From a virus (lineage: Duplodnaviria > Caudoviricetes), in IMG/VR virus record IMGVR_UViG_3300049135_000090, positions 1 to 40,625 of that record: a stretch of 40,625 bases of DNA; one strand, 5' to 3'. Numbering within the stretch: the first letter of the stretch is position 1; every line of letters begins with the position of its first letter. Below, in pieces: positions 9,549 to 19,559 of this stretch. The position numbers and the translations under genes were made by a program. The notes under the pieces are model-generated. The model did not search any database. It was given only the letters and a program-made list of their open reading frames with translations, and had not been told where the DNA came from.

Positions 9549-9959
9549 GTGTTCCTGGTGTACCAGCCCGAGGGGCAGGACGAGCCGACCCGCTGGCGCT
9601 ACAACCCGAAGCGGCTCATGTCCGTGGAGCGGGAGGACCTCGAGCGGCGCACCGGCCGCAACTTCTCCCAGTTCACGACCGACGTCATGCAGGGCAACAG
9701 CCTCTGCCGGCGCGCGCTGCTGTTCACGTTCCTGCGCCGCGACCACCCCAAGACCCGGTTCGAGGACGTCGACTTCGCGTGGGACGAGCTCACGCTCGAG
9801 TACTCCCGCCAGGAGCTCGAGCTCATCCGCGAGCAGGTCATCGAGGCCAAGCACGGCGACGAACTGGCCACGATCCTCACCTCCTTGGACAAGGAGATCG
9901 AGGACGCGTTCGACGACAGCGGCGAAGAGGGAAAAGCGGGGCTGCCGATCGCCGGATGA
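9549..9959 (+). CDS. Tail assembly chaperone (G)
   Basis: Directly upstream of tape measure; slippery G GGA AAA at 9929-9935. Confidence 0.85.
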   Translation: MFLVYQPEGQDEPTRWRYNPKRLMSVEREDLERRTGRNFSQFTTDVMQGNSLCRRALLFTFLRRDHPKTRFEDVDFAWDELTLEYSRQELELIREQVIEAKHGDELATILTSLDKEIEDAFDDSGEEGKAGLPIAG

Positions 9960-10108
9960 GGCAGCTCGGCAACGCCGCCCACCTCCTCGGGATCAAGGCC
10001 CGCGACTGGGACACCTTCACGGTCGACGAGGCCGACCGGTACCTGGACTGGCTCGACGCCTACAAGCGCGACATGGACGAGCAGGCCGAGAAGATGAAGA
10101 GGAGCTGA
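9549..10108 (+). CDS. Tail assembly chaperone G-T fusion via -1 programmed frameshift
   Basis: In-frame X XXY YYZ heptamer GGGAAAA (9929-9935); the -1 frame stays open to 10108 (GKSGAADRRMRQLG..KMKRS), 3 nt before tape measure. Confidence 0.85.
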
Positions 10109-10111
10109 GCC

Positions 10112-12313
10112 ATGTCCGACACCTCACTGGTGTTCAACCTCGTTGCCCGCGACCGGGCATCCGGTGAGGTGTCCCAGTTCGGCGAGCGGCTCACCACCGC
10201 GGCCGCCGGCATCGGCGCCGGGTTCGCCGCCGCGCTCGGTGTCGGCATCATGGCGAACCTCGACGCGGAGGCGGCCGGCGACAAGCTCGCCGCACAGCTC
10301 GGCGTCGGCCCGGCCGAGGCTGCCGAGCTTTCCAAGATCTCCGCCTCCGTCTACGAGAACGCGTGGGGCGACTCGATCGAGACGGTCAACCTCGGCATCA
10401 AGGGCGTCTACCAGAACATCGGCGACGTCTCGCAGGCAGAGGGCGGACTCGAAGCCGTCACGACCAAGGCCCTCGCCCTGGCCGAGACGTTCGACCAGGA
10501 CCTGACCATGACCACCGCGGCGGTCGGTCAGCTCATGCGCACCGGCCTGGCCGACAGCGCTGAGGAAGCGTTCGACATCATCACCACCGGCCTCGGCACG
10601 GCGGCTGACAAGTCCGGCGACTACCTCGAAACCCTCAACGAATACTCCACCCAGTGGCGCCGTGTGGGCCTGGACGGGCAGACCGCAACGGGCCTGCTCT
10701 CCCAAGCGCTCAAGGCCGGTGCCCGCGACGCCGACCAGGTCGCCGACGCGATCGGCCAGTTCGGCGAGCGCGCCCTCGCAGGCGGCACCGCAGTGGACGA
10801 CGCGTTCAAGAGCATCGGGCTGAACTCCACCGAGATGGCCAGGCTCCTCGGCCAGGGCGGTGACTCCGCCAAGCTGGCGCTGCAGAAGACGATGGACGGG
10901 CTACGCGGCGCCGAGTCGGAGACGGTCAAGCTGAACGCGGCGGCAGCCCTGTTCGGTGACCCGGGCAACGTCATGGGCGCATCGCTGTTCGCCCTCGACC
11001 CGGCCTCGGCAGCGGCGGCCGCCGGCATGGACAAGGCCGCCGGGTCCACGGACAAGCTGGTCGCCTCCGTCGGCGACAACCCCAAGGCCGCACTCGAGTC
11101 GTTCAAGCGCAAGGTCATGGGCGATCTCGGCGAAGCGGCCGGCACCTTCGTCAAGTTCGCGACGGAGAACAGGGCCGTCATGGAACCGCTCATGTACACG
11201 CTGGCCGCGCTGGCCGTGCTGGTCCTGGTGGTGAAGGGCGCGATGCTCGTCTACGCCGCGGTCGGCACGGTCGTCACCGCCGCGCACACCATCATGTCCG
11301 CCTCGGCCTGGACGGTCATGGGTAACTGGTCACGCATGATGGCCCTCGGGCTGATGGCCTACGCCCGTATCGCAGGTGCCGCGGTCCTGTCCGCGGCGAC
11401 GACGGCCGGCGCATGGATCGGCTCGGCCCTGGTGTCGATCGGCACCTGGGTCGCGGCCGTCGTGAGGGCCGCGGCAACCGCCGTGGTCCAGTTCGCTTTG
11501 ATGGCCGCGCGCGCGGTGATCTGGGCGGCGACGATGGCCGCACAGTGGCTGATCGCCATGGGCCCCATCGGCTGGATCATCGGCCTGATCGTCGGTCTCG
11601 TGGCCCTGATCATCCTCAACTGGGACACGATCAAACAGTGGACCGGGCAGGCCTGGGACTGGATCTGGGGAAAGATCACCGGCGTCGGGCAGATGATCCT
11701 CGACTTCATCATGAACCTCCCGATCGTGCGCTGGTTCGTCCAGCACTGGGACAGGATCAAGACCGGCACGATCAGCAAGGTGGCCGGCATGGTGTCCTGG
11801 CTGCAAGGCCTGCCCGGCCGGATCATGCGAGCGATTGGCGACCTCGGCTCGCTGCTCTACAACAAGGGCGGCGACCTGATCCGCGGCCTGTGGAACGGCA
11901 TCAAGTCCATGGGCGGCTGGCTGCGCGACACCCTCATGGGCTGGGCAGCGGACATGATCCCCGGCCCGATCGCCAAGGCCCTCGGTATCGCCTCGCCGTC
12001 GCGGGTGATGGCTGAGGTCGTCGGCCGGTGGATCCCTGCTGGCGTCGTCGAGGGCATCAAGGACGGCGCCCCGGCGCTGGACCGGGAGATGTCCACGCTC
12101 GTCACCCCGCCGTCCCCGGCCGCCGCCACGGCGGCAGGCCGGCAGCTGGCGCCCGTCATGGGCCGCCCGGGCAGCGGAGCAGGCCCGGCCGCAATCGTCG
12201 AGATCCGTGGCGACGGCAGCGCAGAGGCCGACTACCTGGTCAACACGCTGCGCCGCCGTATCCGCGTGCTCGGCGGCAACGTGCAGTTCGTACTCGGACA
12301 GGGAGGGACGTGA
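10112..12313 (+). CDS. Tape measure protein
   Basis: 733 aa, Ala/Gly-rich helical; Trp-periodic region; GPIGWII and LGIASPSRVM motifs. Confidence 0.95.
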   Translation: MSDTSLVFNLVARDRASGEVSQFGERLTTAAAGIGAGFAAALGVGIMANLDAEAAGDKLAAQLGVGPAEAAELSKISASVYENAWGDSIETVNLGIKGVYQNIGDVSQAEGGLEAVTTKALALAETFDQDLTMTTAAVGQLMRTGLADSAEEAFDIITTGLGTAADKSGDYLETLNEYSTQWRRVGLDGQTATGLLSQALKAGARDADQVADAIGQFGERALAGGTAVDDAFKSIGLNSTEMARLLGQGGDSAKLALQKTMDGLRGAESETVKLNAAAALFGDPGNVMGASLFALDPASAAAAAGMDKAAGSTDKLVASVGDNPKAALESFKRKVMGDLGEAAGTFVKFATENRAVMEPLMYTLAALAVLVLVVKGAMLVYAAVGTVVTAAHTIMSASAWTVMGNWSRMMALGLMAYARIAGAAVLSAATTAGAWIGSALVSIGTWVAAVVRAAATAVVQFALMAARAVIWAATMAAQWLIAMGPIGWIIGLIVGLVALIILNWDTIKQWTGQAWDWIWGKITGVGQMILDFIMNLPIVRWFVQHWDRIKTGTISKVAGMVSWLQGLPGRIMRAIGDLGSLLYNKGGDLIRGLWNGIKSMGGWLRDTLMGWAADMIPGPIAKALGIASPSRVMAEVVGRWIPAGVVEGIKDGAPALDREMSTLVTPPSPAAATAAGRQLAPVMGRPGSGAGPAAIVEIRGDGSAEADYLVNTLRRRIRVLGGNVQFVLGQGGT

Positions 12314-12316
12314 CCC

Positions 12317-15082
12317 ATGGCCTTTCCGGACACTCCGCTCGAGGTGCTGGTCGAGCTGCTGCTCAACGGCACCTGGACGGACATCTCCCAGTTCGTCTAC
12401 ACCCGCGAGCCGATCACCATCACGGCCGGCCGCAGCGACGAGGCCTCGCGTATCGAGCCGTCCCGGTGCACCCTCACCCTGAACAACCGGGACGGCCGCT
12501 TCTCCGCACGCAACCCCATGTCGCCGTACTACGGCCAGCTCGGCCGCAACACCCCGATCCGGGTGTCGATCCCCGGTGAGGAGCCGTACCTCCTGCTCGA
12601 CGGGGAGGAGACCACATACGCCTCCACGCCGGACGTCGCCGCGCTCGACATCACCGGCGACATCGACGTCCGTATCGACGCCACCGTGACGAACTGGGGC
12701 ACGTCGATCGCCCTCGAGCTGGCGTCCCGGTACGCCACCAGCAACCAGCGATCGTGGATCCTCGAGGCCCGGTTCGACGGGATCCTCTCGTTCTTCTGGT
12801 CGCCGGACGGGACGCTCGCCTCCCGCCTCAACGCGCGGTCGACCGTGCCCGTGCAGCTGCCCACCTCGGGGCGCCTGGCCATGCGGGTCACCCTCGACGT
12901 CAACAACGGCTCCGGCGGGAACACGGCCACGTTCTACACCGCCGACACGATCGCCGGTCCGTGGACCCAGCTCGGCGACCCGGTCACCACCACGGGCACC
13001 ACCTCCATCCACGGCGGCACCGCCCCGCTGCACATCGGCAACTCCCTGAACATCCTCGACTCCCCCTTCACCGGACGGATCCACGCCTTCGAGCTGCGCA
13101 ACGGCATCGCCGGGTCGGTGGTCGCCAACCCCGATTTCACCGCCCAGACGCCTGGCGTGGCCTCGTTCGTGGACGGCGCCGGCCGGACCTGGACGCTCGA
13201 GGGCGACGCCGAGATCACCGACCGGGAGCCGCGGTTCACCGGCGAGGTCAGTTCCTGGCCGCCGCGCTGGGACGTGTCCGGGCGGGACGTGTGGACACCC
13301 ATCGAAGCGGCCAGCGTCATGCGCCGCCTCGGGCAGGGCAACAAGGCCCTCGACTCCACACTGCGCAGGGCCATCCCCTCGTTCGGGCCGCTCGCCTACT
13401 GGCCGATGGAGGAGGGCGCCAACGCGGTGCGCGCCTACTCGCCGATCATGGGCGTGTCGCCGCTGCGGCTCGAGGGCGTCACCTGGGCGCAGGCCGACAG
13501 CCTTGCCTCGTCCAACCCCCTGCCCGTCCTCGCCTCGAACACCGGCGTCGCGCGGGAGATGTTCGGCAGCGTGCCGCCCCCGCCGGGCGGCTGGACCGGC
13601 TGGCAGGTCAGGTGGGTCTACCGCAACGACGACCCCGACCCCACCCTGTGGACGTTCATGCGGATCCTGTGCGGCTCCGGCAGGGTCCGCGAATGGTTCA
13701 TCCAGACCTCCGACTCGAGCAGCCGGGTGCGCGCCTACGACGCCGATGGCGTGGCCGTCGTCGACACCGTCATCGGCACCGGCCTGGACCTGTACAACCA
13801 GTGGGTGGCGGTCGAGTTCGACGCGCAGCAGAACGGCGCGAACGTCGACTGGCGGGTGGACTGGCTCGACGTCGGCGGCTCGGCCGGCGGCTTCGGCGCT
13901 AGCTTCGCCGGCACCCTCGGCCGGGTCACCGGCGTCGCCTCTCCGGAGGGCGGGTTCGCCGCCGAGCTCGATGGCATGGCGATCGGCCACATCTCGGTCT
14001 GGCCAACCGCCTCGACCACCGCCTACGACGGGGCGCTCGACGCCTGGGCGGGCGAGACCGCCGCCGAGCGACTCGAGCGACTGGCGTCCGAGGAGGAGCG
14101 GCTCATTGTCAGCCAGATCCGGGGCGACTTCGCCATCACGAGCGAGGCGATGGGGCCGCAGCGGCCGGCCGAGCTCCTCGAGCTGCTGCGCGAGTGCGCG
14201 GACGCTGACGGCGGGATCCTGTACGAGGACCGCGAGCGCCTGGCCCTCGTCTACCGGCACCGGGCCAGCCTCTATAACCAGACACCCGCGCTGTCCCTGG
14301 ACTACCTCGCCGAGGGCGAGGTGCCCCCGCCGCTCGAGCCGGTGGAGGACGACCAGCGGGTGCGCAACGACGTCACCGTCACACGCGCCGGAGGGTCTTC
14401 CGGCCGGGTCGTCATCGAGGAGGGGCCGCTGTCCACGCTCGCCCCCGAGGACGGCGGGGTGGGCATCTACGACGAGTCCGTCACGATCAACGTGAACACC
14501 GACGCCCAGACCGAGCCGATCGCCGGGTGGCGCGCCCACCTCGGCACCTGGGACGAGGCCCGGTACCCCTCGATCCGGCTGATGCTCCACGCCGCACCGC
14601 ACCTGATCCCCGCCTGGCTGCGGATGCGGATCGGCGACAAGGGCGAGATCCTCAACCCGCCCGCCTGGCTTCCGCCCAAGGCCATCGAGTTTCTCGCCCA
14701 GGGCTACACCGAGGTCCTCGACCAGTACGCGTGGGACGTCGTCCTCAACGCGACCCCGGCCAGGCCGTGGAACGTGCTCGAACTGGACAGCGCCGACTCG
14801 CGGGTCGACACGGCCGGCTCGGAGCTGGCGGTCGCCATCGGAACCGGCACCACCAGCCTGTCGGTGTCCACCGCGGGGCGCCGCTGGGCCGACAGCGCCA
14901 CGTACCCGGGAGACTTCCCGCTGACGATCACGGTGGGCGGCGAGGAGATGACCGTCACCGCGATCACTGGCACGAGCTCGCCGCAGACGTTCACTGTGAC
15001 CCGGTCCGTCAACGGGATCGTCAAGAGCCACGCCATCGGCACCGCGGTCGCCCTGGCCGACCCGGTCACCGTCGCCCTGTAA
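12317..15082 (+). CDS. Large minor tail protein (distal tail/hub with inserted LamG-like beta domains)
   Basis: 921 aa after tape measure; WTDIS..LTLNNRDGRF..NPMSPYY N-terminus; LAYWPMEEG; C-terminal FTVTRSVNG. Confidence 0.8.
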   Translation: MAFPDTPLEVLVELLLNGTWTDISQFVYTREPITITAGRSDEASRIEPSRCTLTLNNRDGRFSARNPMSPYYGQLGRNTPIRVSIPGEEPYLLLDGEETTYASTPDVAALDITGDIDVRIDATVTNWGTSIALELASRYATSNQRSWILEARFDGILSFFWSPDGTLASRLNARSTVPVQLPTSGRLAMRVTLDVNNGSGGNTATFYTADTIAGPWTQLGDPVTTTGTTSIHGGTAPLHIGNSLNILDSPFTGRIHAFELRNGIAGSVVANPDFTAQTPGVASFVDGAGRTWTLEGDAEITDREPRFTGEVSSWPPRWDVSGRDVWTPIEAASVMRRLGQGNKALDSTLRRAIPSFGPLAYWPMEEGANAVRAYSPIMGVSPLRLEGVTWAQADSLASSNPLPVLASNTGVAREMFGSVPPPPGGWTGWQVRWVYRNDDPDPTLWTFMRILCGSGRVREWFIQTSDSSSRVRAYDADGVAVVDTVIGTGLDLYNQWVAVEFDAQQNGANVDWRVDWLDVGGSAGGFGASFAGTLGRVTGVASPEGGFAAELDGMAIGHISVWPTASTTAYDGALDAWAGETAAERLERLASEEERLIVSQIRGDFAITSEAMGPQRPAELLELLRECADADGGILYEDRERLALVYRHRASLYNQTPALSLDYLAEGEVPPPLEPVEDDQRVRNDVTVTRAGGSSGRVVIEEGPLSTLAPEDGGVGIYDESVTINVNTDAQTEPIAGWRAHLGTWDEARYPSIRLMLHAAPHLIPAWLRMRIGDKGEILNPPAWLPPKAIEFLAQGYTEVLDQYAWDVVLNATPARPWNVLELDSADSRVDTAGSELAVAIGTGTTSLSVSTAGRRWADSATYPGDFPLTITVGGEEMTVTAITGTSSPQTFTVTRSVNGIVKSHAIGTAVALADPVTVAL

Positions 15083-15092
15083 GGAGCCCCGT

Positions 15093-15560
15093 ATGACGTA
15101 CACCCCGCCCCTTGCCGGCCGCAGGGTCACGGCCGCGATGCTCGAGGAAATGGTGGGCGAGTGGCAGGACTACGCCGTCGCCTGGACCTCGGGCGGCAGC
15201 GCCCCCTCGATCGGTAACGGCTCCCTGACGGGCCGGGCCGTCATCCTCGGCGACACCGGCCACTTCTCCATCAAGCTCACCGGCGGCAGCACCACCAACT
15301 GGGGGACCGGCAACTACCTCTGGAGCCTGCCCTTCACCGCCGCGGCCACCGCCGACCACGTCGGCACCTGCTTCGTCGGCGACTCCTCCGCCGGCGCGGC
15401 CGCCTACAGCACAGGCATCGCGTTCCTGTCGTCCGGCGGCACGACCGTCGGCGGCTACGTCGGCCCCAAGAACGGGGCGAGCTCGCTCAGCAACACCAAC
15501 CCGCAGGCGTGGGCCACCGGAGACAGGATCTGGCTAACAGGAACCTTCGAACTTGCCTGA
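15093..15560 (+). CDS. Minor tail / fiber protein
   Basis: AGRRVTAAML N-terminus, IGNGSLTGR, GSTTNWGTG; last structural gene. Confidence 0.7.
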   Translation: MTYTPPLAGRRVTAAMLEEMVGEWQDYAVAWTSGGSAPSIGNGSLTGRAVILGDTGHFSIKLTGGSTTNWGTGNYLWSLPFTAAATADHVGTCFVGDSSAGAAAYSTGIAFLSSGGTTVGGYVGPKNGASSLSNTNPQAWATGDRIWLTGTFELA

Positions 15561-15614
15561 TCCGACCGCTCAACCAGCGCCCCGCCAGGGGCATCTTTCA
15601 TGTCTGGAGGGCCA

Positions 15615-16550
15615 ATGGCCAGACCACCCACGCCAGATGCGTGGATCGCCGCCCTGCGCGCCGAGGGCATCACCGACATCGTCGAGATGCCCGGCTGGCG
15701 CACCAACAACCGCAATCACAAGGGCCCGTGGGGCGACGTCCACTCCACGATGATCCACCACACCGCCGGTGAAGGGCCGGGCCTGCCTTCGCTGGTCTTC
15801 AAGGGAACGGCATCCCTCCCTGGGCCGCTGTGCCACGACTACCTGGACCGGACCGGGCGGCTGTACCTGGTCGGCAACGGCCGCGCGAACCACGCGGGCA
15901 CGGTCGCGAGGAACGCCTACAACGCCGTGCTGAACGAATCCGCCACGCACCCGTACCCGGACTCCGCCGAGCCGGTCGACGGCAACGCCGTCAGCTACGG
16001 GCTCGAGGTAGAGAACTCGGGCGCCGTCGGCCGAACGTGGCCAGCCCGGCAGTACGACGTCGCCGTCCGCGTCCAGGCCGCACGCTGCCGCATGCACGGC
16101 TGGTCCGCCAACTCCGTGTGGGCACACAAGGAAGCCACCCGCCGGAAGCCCGTCGACCCGCGCCTCGACATGGACGCCTTCCGCCGCGACGTCGCCGAGC
16201 GGCTGCGACACCCCGCCGGCTGGAACCCCGGCTCCACCGCACCTACCCCGACCGAGGAGGACGACGTGGCACTGACCACCGATGACAAGAAGTGGATCGT
16301 CGCCACGATCCGCGCCGAGGTGGGCCGCGCTGTGGCTGCCTGGGCAAACGAGGACATCGACCCGCGGGACATCTTCCAGATTCAGCGCGACGCAGCGAAC
16401 TACGCCAAGCGGGCCGCCGAGCAGACCGCGGATCTCGACCTCGGAGGCGTCACCGACGAGCAGACCGCCGCGATCGCGCAGGCGGTCGCCACACACCCGG
16501 CGTTGGCGCAGGCCCTCGCCGACACCCTCGCCGCCAGGCTCAAGGACTGA
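15615..16550 (+). CDS. Endolysin, N-acetylmuramoyl-L-alanine amidase
   Basis: IHHTAG, LPGPLCH, GRANHAG, YGLEVEN, HKE..KPVDP zinc-amidase motifs; RBS GGAGG. Confidence 0.93.
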   Translation: MARPPTPDAWIAALRAEGITDIVEMPGWRTNNRNHKGPWGDVHSTMIHHTAGEGPGLPSLVFKGTASLPGPLCHDYLDRTGRLYLVGNGRANHAGTVARNAYNAVLNESATHPYPDSAEPVDGNAVSYGLEVENSGAVGRTWPARQYDVAVRVQAARCRMHGWSANSVWAHKEATRRKPVDPRLDMDAFRRDVAERLRHPAGWNPGSTAPTPTEEDDVALTTDDKKWIVATIRAEVGRAVAAWANEDIDPRDIFQIQRDAANYAKRAAEQTADLDLGGVTDEQTAAIAQAVATHPALAQALADTLAARLKD

Positions 16551-16562
16551 AAGGGCGCCATC

Positions 16563-16793
16563 ATGAAGGACTCCACCAAGCGCACCACACGGACCGTGCT
16601 GCAGACGGGCGTTGGCCTCGCCGTCGCCCTGCCGGCCATCGTGGACGCATCCGGCATCCCCGCCACCCTCCCGTGGGTCGGCATCGCCCTCGCGGCCGCC
16701 GGCGGCCTCGCCCGGGTGATGGCCCTGCCCGCCGTCGAGCAGCTGCTCGACAAGGTCGGCATAGGACTGGTCGACGACGGAGGCCGCCTGTGA
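16563..16793 (+). CDS. Holin
   Basis: 76 aa, two hydrophobic segments, RT.RT.LQT motif, follows lysin. Confidence 0.8.
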   Translation: MKDSTKRTTRTVLQTGVGLAVALPAIVDASGIPATLPWVGIALAAAGGLARVMALPAVEQLLDKVGIGLVDDGGRL

Positions 16794-17125
16794 GCGAGAG
16801 CACCGGCATTGCCGCTGTCGATTCCCTCGTCCTCTGGTCCGTCGCCGCGGTGGCGATCGCCGCCGGCCTCGGCCTTCTGTGGCGCCTCGTCCGCGGCGTG
16901 CGCCGGATCGCCACCAGAGTGGACGACTTCGTCGACGACTGGAACGGAGTACAACCCCGGCCTGGCGTCGCCGCGCGACCGGGCGTGATGGAACGCCTGG
17001 ACGGCATCGAGTCCCGCCTCGCCTCCGTAGAACACGAGCTCCATCCGAACAGCGGCCACTCCCTGCGGGACGCAGTCGACCGAGTCGACGTCGCCCTGAA
17101 CGGCACCCCACCCGCGCCGCCCTGA
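16790..17125 (+). CDS. Lysis-cassette membrane protein (TM plus coiled coil)
   Basis: N-terminal TM, DW.G...RPG, ELHPNSGHSLRDAVDR motif typical of actinophage post-holin genes; GTGA overlap. Confidence 0.75.
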   Translation: MSESTGIAAVDSLVLWSVAAVAIAAGLGLLWRLVRGVRRIATRVDDFVDDWNGVQPRPGVAARPGVMERLDGIESRLASVEHELHPNSGHSLRDAVDRVDVALNGTPPAPP

Positions 17126-17132
17126 GCAGCAC

Positions 17133-17244
17133 ACGCCCCCTGTCCCGGCCTACGTGGCCGGGGCGGGGGGCGTTCTGCTGTGCGCCCGGCGGTCAGCCGC
17201 TACGATGCGTGAAGACGCCCGGGGCCCGACTCCCCGGGCGTCTT
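17133..17244. terminator. Two stem-loops ending the late operon
   Basis: Imperfect GC hairpin 17133-17173, and 13-bp stem AAGACGCCCGGGG/CCCCGGGCGTCTT at 17212-17244. Confidence 0.7.
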
Positions 17245-17277
17245 GCCGTGTCCGCGGCCGCCGTTAGCCTTGCCCGC

Positions 17278-17532
17278 ATGCGCAAATACGAGATCAGGTA
17301 TCACGTGCTGCCCGCCGGCCTCGGTCCCGACGACTACGAGACCAAGGACCTCGAGGAGCGGACCGGGATTTTCGAGTTCCCCGACGCCGCCCCAGAGGAC
17401 ACGTTCGAGCTGCTGGGCAAGCCGACCGAGTACGGCCCGGCGTACCCGGACGTGAAGGCTGCCATCGCGGCAACGCTGCAGCCTGGCGAGACGCCTCTGT
17501 TCTCGGTCCAGACGATGCGACGCGTGGACTAG
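17278..17532 (+). CDS. Small hypothetical moron protein (84 aa), likely leaderless
   Basis: MRKYEIRYHVLP..; TAGCCT -10 lies 7 nt before ATG; good codon bias. Confidence 0.7.
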   Translation: MRKYEIRYHVLPAGLGPDDYETKDLEERTGIFEFPDAAPEDTFELLGKPTEYGPAYPDVKAAIAATLQPGETPLFSVQTMRRVD

Positions 17533-18572
17533 AGCCGCCGCTCCGCCGCCGCGAGCTGCGCCTGGTAATGCGTCAGGTCCCGCGGGTATCCCTCGAGGCG
17601 CGGAATGGCCTCCCGGAAGCCGGCGGCCGCGTCCGCCCAGCGGTGGCATGCAGCAGCTACGTCAGCCGCCTGCAGGCGTGCTCGGACCGGTGTCAGGAAG
17701 TACAGCCAGCCCGGCCGATCCGCCTCGTCCGGCGCGCGCAGCGCGAGCTCGAGGGCCTGGTCCGAGAGGTGCATAGCGCGGTCCCTCTCCCCGACGGCCG
17801 CGGCCGCCATCGCGGCCGTGTGGGCGGCCGCGGCCTCAGCTGCAGGTGTGAGGCGGCCCGGCTGTGCGCGGGCCGCCTCTGCCGTTCGCAGGGCGCGCAC
17901 GGGATCGCCGTGCCGCAGGCTGTAGTAGGAGCGGATCCGGTATGCCCAGGAGCTCATGTCTGGATGGCCGCCGTCGACAGCCCATCCGTGTGCCACATCG
18001 ATCCATGCCAGGGCCGGCCCGGGCTTCCTTTCCTGCCAGGCGACCCACGACAGCCAGTGCGCATGCTCGGCGGCGAGCAGCATCAGCCGGTCCGCGGTCG
18101 CCCCGGAGGCCAGGGGGATCAGATTGGTGACCGCGTCGAGCTGCGAGCGCACGGCGGGCCACACGTCTCTGCCGCCTGCCTCGTCCTCGTCGCGCCGGTG
18201 CTGGGCCAGGACCTGGCCGATCCAGTCTGCGGTGCGCAGGTCTGTGCGGCCTGTGGTGTGTCCGTGGGCCATCCGCTCGCGTAGCTCTGCTGGCGGCTCC
18301 CAGTCGTTCCGGGTGCGTCCCTGCTGTATGCCCGTCAGCTCCGCTGGCACTTGCAGCCCTTCAGTGATGCGGGCCATGACGTCGGCAGTTGTGACACGCC
18401 GACGGCCCGACTCGATCGCCGAGATGTGAGGCTGCGGCATTCCCGTGAGCCGCTCGAGCTCCCGCTGGGAGATGCCGGCGGCGCGCCTGTACTCGCGGAG
18501 GATGGCAGCCCAGTCTCCACGCGCCCAGGCGGCGCGCAGCCTTACGTCTGCCCAGAGTCCCCGACTACTCAT
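17529..18572 (-). CDS. XRE-family regulator with helical (TPR-like) C-terminal domain
   Basis: HTH YRRAAGISQRELERLTGMPQPHISAIESGRR; Ala-rich repeats; PGWLYF motif. Confidence 0.85.
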   Translation of the reverse strand: MSSRGLWADVRLRAAWARGDWAAILREYRRAAGISQRELERLTGMPQPHISAIESGRRRVTTADVMARITEGLQVPAELTGIQQGRTRNDWEPPAELRERMAHGHTTGRTDLRTADWIGQVLAQHRRDEDEAGGRDVWPAVRSQLDAVTNLIPLASGATADRLMLLAAEHAHWLSWVAWQERKPGPALAWIDVAHGWAVDGGHPDMSSWAYRIRSYYSLRHGDPVRALRTAEAARAQPGRLTPAAEAAAAHTAAMAAAAVGERDRAMHLSDQALELALRAPDEADRPGWLYFLTPVRARLQAADVAAACHRWADAAAGFREAIPRLEGYPRDLTHYQAQLAAAERRL

Positions 18573-18593
18573 GAGGGGACGATACTGCCGGGT

Positions 18594-18610
18594 GATACAC
18601 GCTGTGTATC
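18594..18610. promoter_or_regulatory. Candidate operator GATACAC-N3-GTGTATC between divergent genes
   Basis: 7-bp perfect inverted repeat next to the TATCGT -10 of the XRE gene. Confidence 0.6.
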
Positions 18611-18671
18611 GGTTCGCTGACGGATCATCCGCACGATGGGGCCCTCAACCGAGTCGGGTCGGGAGACACCC

Positions 18672-19079
18672 ATGAACCTTCACAGCAATGCGCAGGTTAA
18701 GGACAGCGAGACGCGGGAGCAGTGCTCCGCGGCCGGGCGGGACGCGAGACCGCTCGACATCCCCACGATGCGCGCCACGGTTCGGCGCCTCTATTCGATG
18801 GACGGGACCGCGACGCTCGAGGACCTGGACGAAATCACGGAGCTGCTGCGTGGGCACGTGCGTCTCATGGTCCCGGAGCTGCGGGACGTGATCCGCCGAC
18901 AGCCGGCCGGTGACGTCGGCGCCCAGATCGCGGAGTACGGCGTCGATGAGGCATGGCGCAGGCTGAACACAACGCCGGGCTTCGGGTCCGAAGCCATTTA
19001 CCGTCGCGCCCGGAAACTCGCCATGTCCGTGCAGTCGCTCTGCGACCACTACGAGACGTTCAACCCGCCGGCCAGCTGA
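18672..19079 (+). CDS. DUF6415-like Streptomyces protein
   Basis: PLDIPTMR..LLRGHVRLMVPE..EAWRRL..ARKLA.SV.SLCDHYE pattern; RBS GGGAG. Confidence 0.65.
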   Translation: MNLHSNAQVKDSETREQCSAAGRDARPLDIPTMRATVRRLYSMDGTATLEDLDEITELLRGHVRLMVPELRDVIRRQPAGDVGAQIAEYGVDEAWRRLNTTPGFGSEAIYRRARKLAMSVQSLCDHYETFNPPAS

Positions 19080-19215
19080 GCCGCTCCACACCCACGGCGA
19101 CCGAATCGGGTCAGGGTCGCACCCCCAAGAGCCCCCGCCCCGGGCCTATCCCCGGCAGGACCGTGCCCGGGGCGGGTTGCAAGGACAGTCACGTCCCACC
19201 TGAGAGGACATCACG

Positions 19216-19557
19216 ATGGGCACCATCAGCAACGGCATCAGCAGCAAGCCGTACGACAACGTGCACGCGGTCGGCCTGGACTGGCGCAAGAGCAGCCGTA
19301 CCGACCTGGATCCGATCTTGAAGGACTGCGTGATCCTGGCCGCCGCCCCGGAGGCGCACGGCCACCCGCACTACAGCATTCCCGACGGGACCCGCATGGT
19401 CGCCCTCTCGGACGACAAGGACACTGCCAGTCCGGTCCTGTACTTCAGCCGCGCGGAGATCCGCAAGTTCCTCGAGGGCGCCAAGGCCGGCGAGTTCGAC
19501 GACCTGATGGCGACGGACGAGGAGTTGGAGCAGGCCGCCGCCGCGGTGGCCGGCTGA
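19216..19557 (+). CDS. DUF397 (BldB-like) protein
   Basis: LDWRKSSRT..CV..A..VALSDDKD..PVLYFSRAE..FL.GAKAGEFD. Confidence 0.88.
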   Translation: MGTISNGISSKPYDNVHAVGLDWRKSSRTDLDPILKDCVILAAAPEAHGHPHYSIPDGTRMVALSDDKDTASPVLYFSRAEIRKFLEGAKAGEFDDLMATDEELEQAAAAVAG

Positions 19558-19559
19558 CC

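Noticed and set aside
3133-15130. Very long antisense ORFs (3133-6336, 11330-15130 and similar, also 21459-23078 and 28690-30345)
   Set aside because: Shadow frames of well-supported genes in high-GC DNA; no recognisable motifs or RBS
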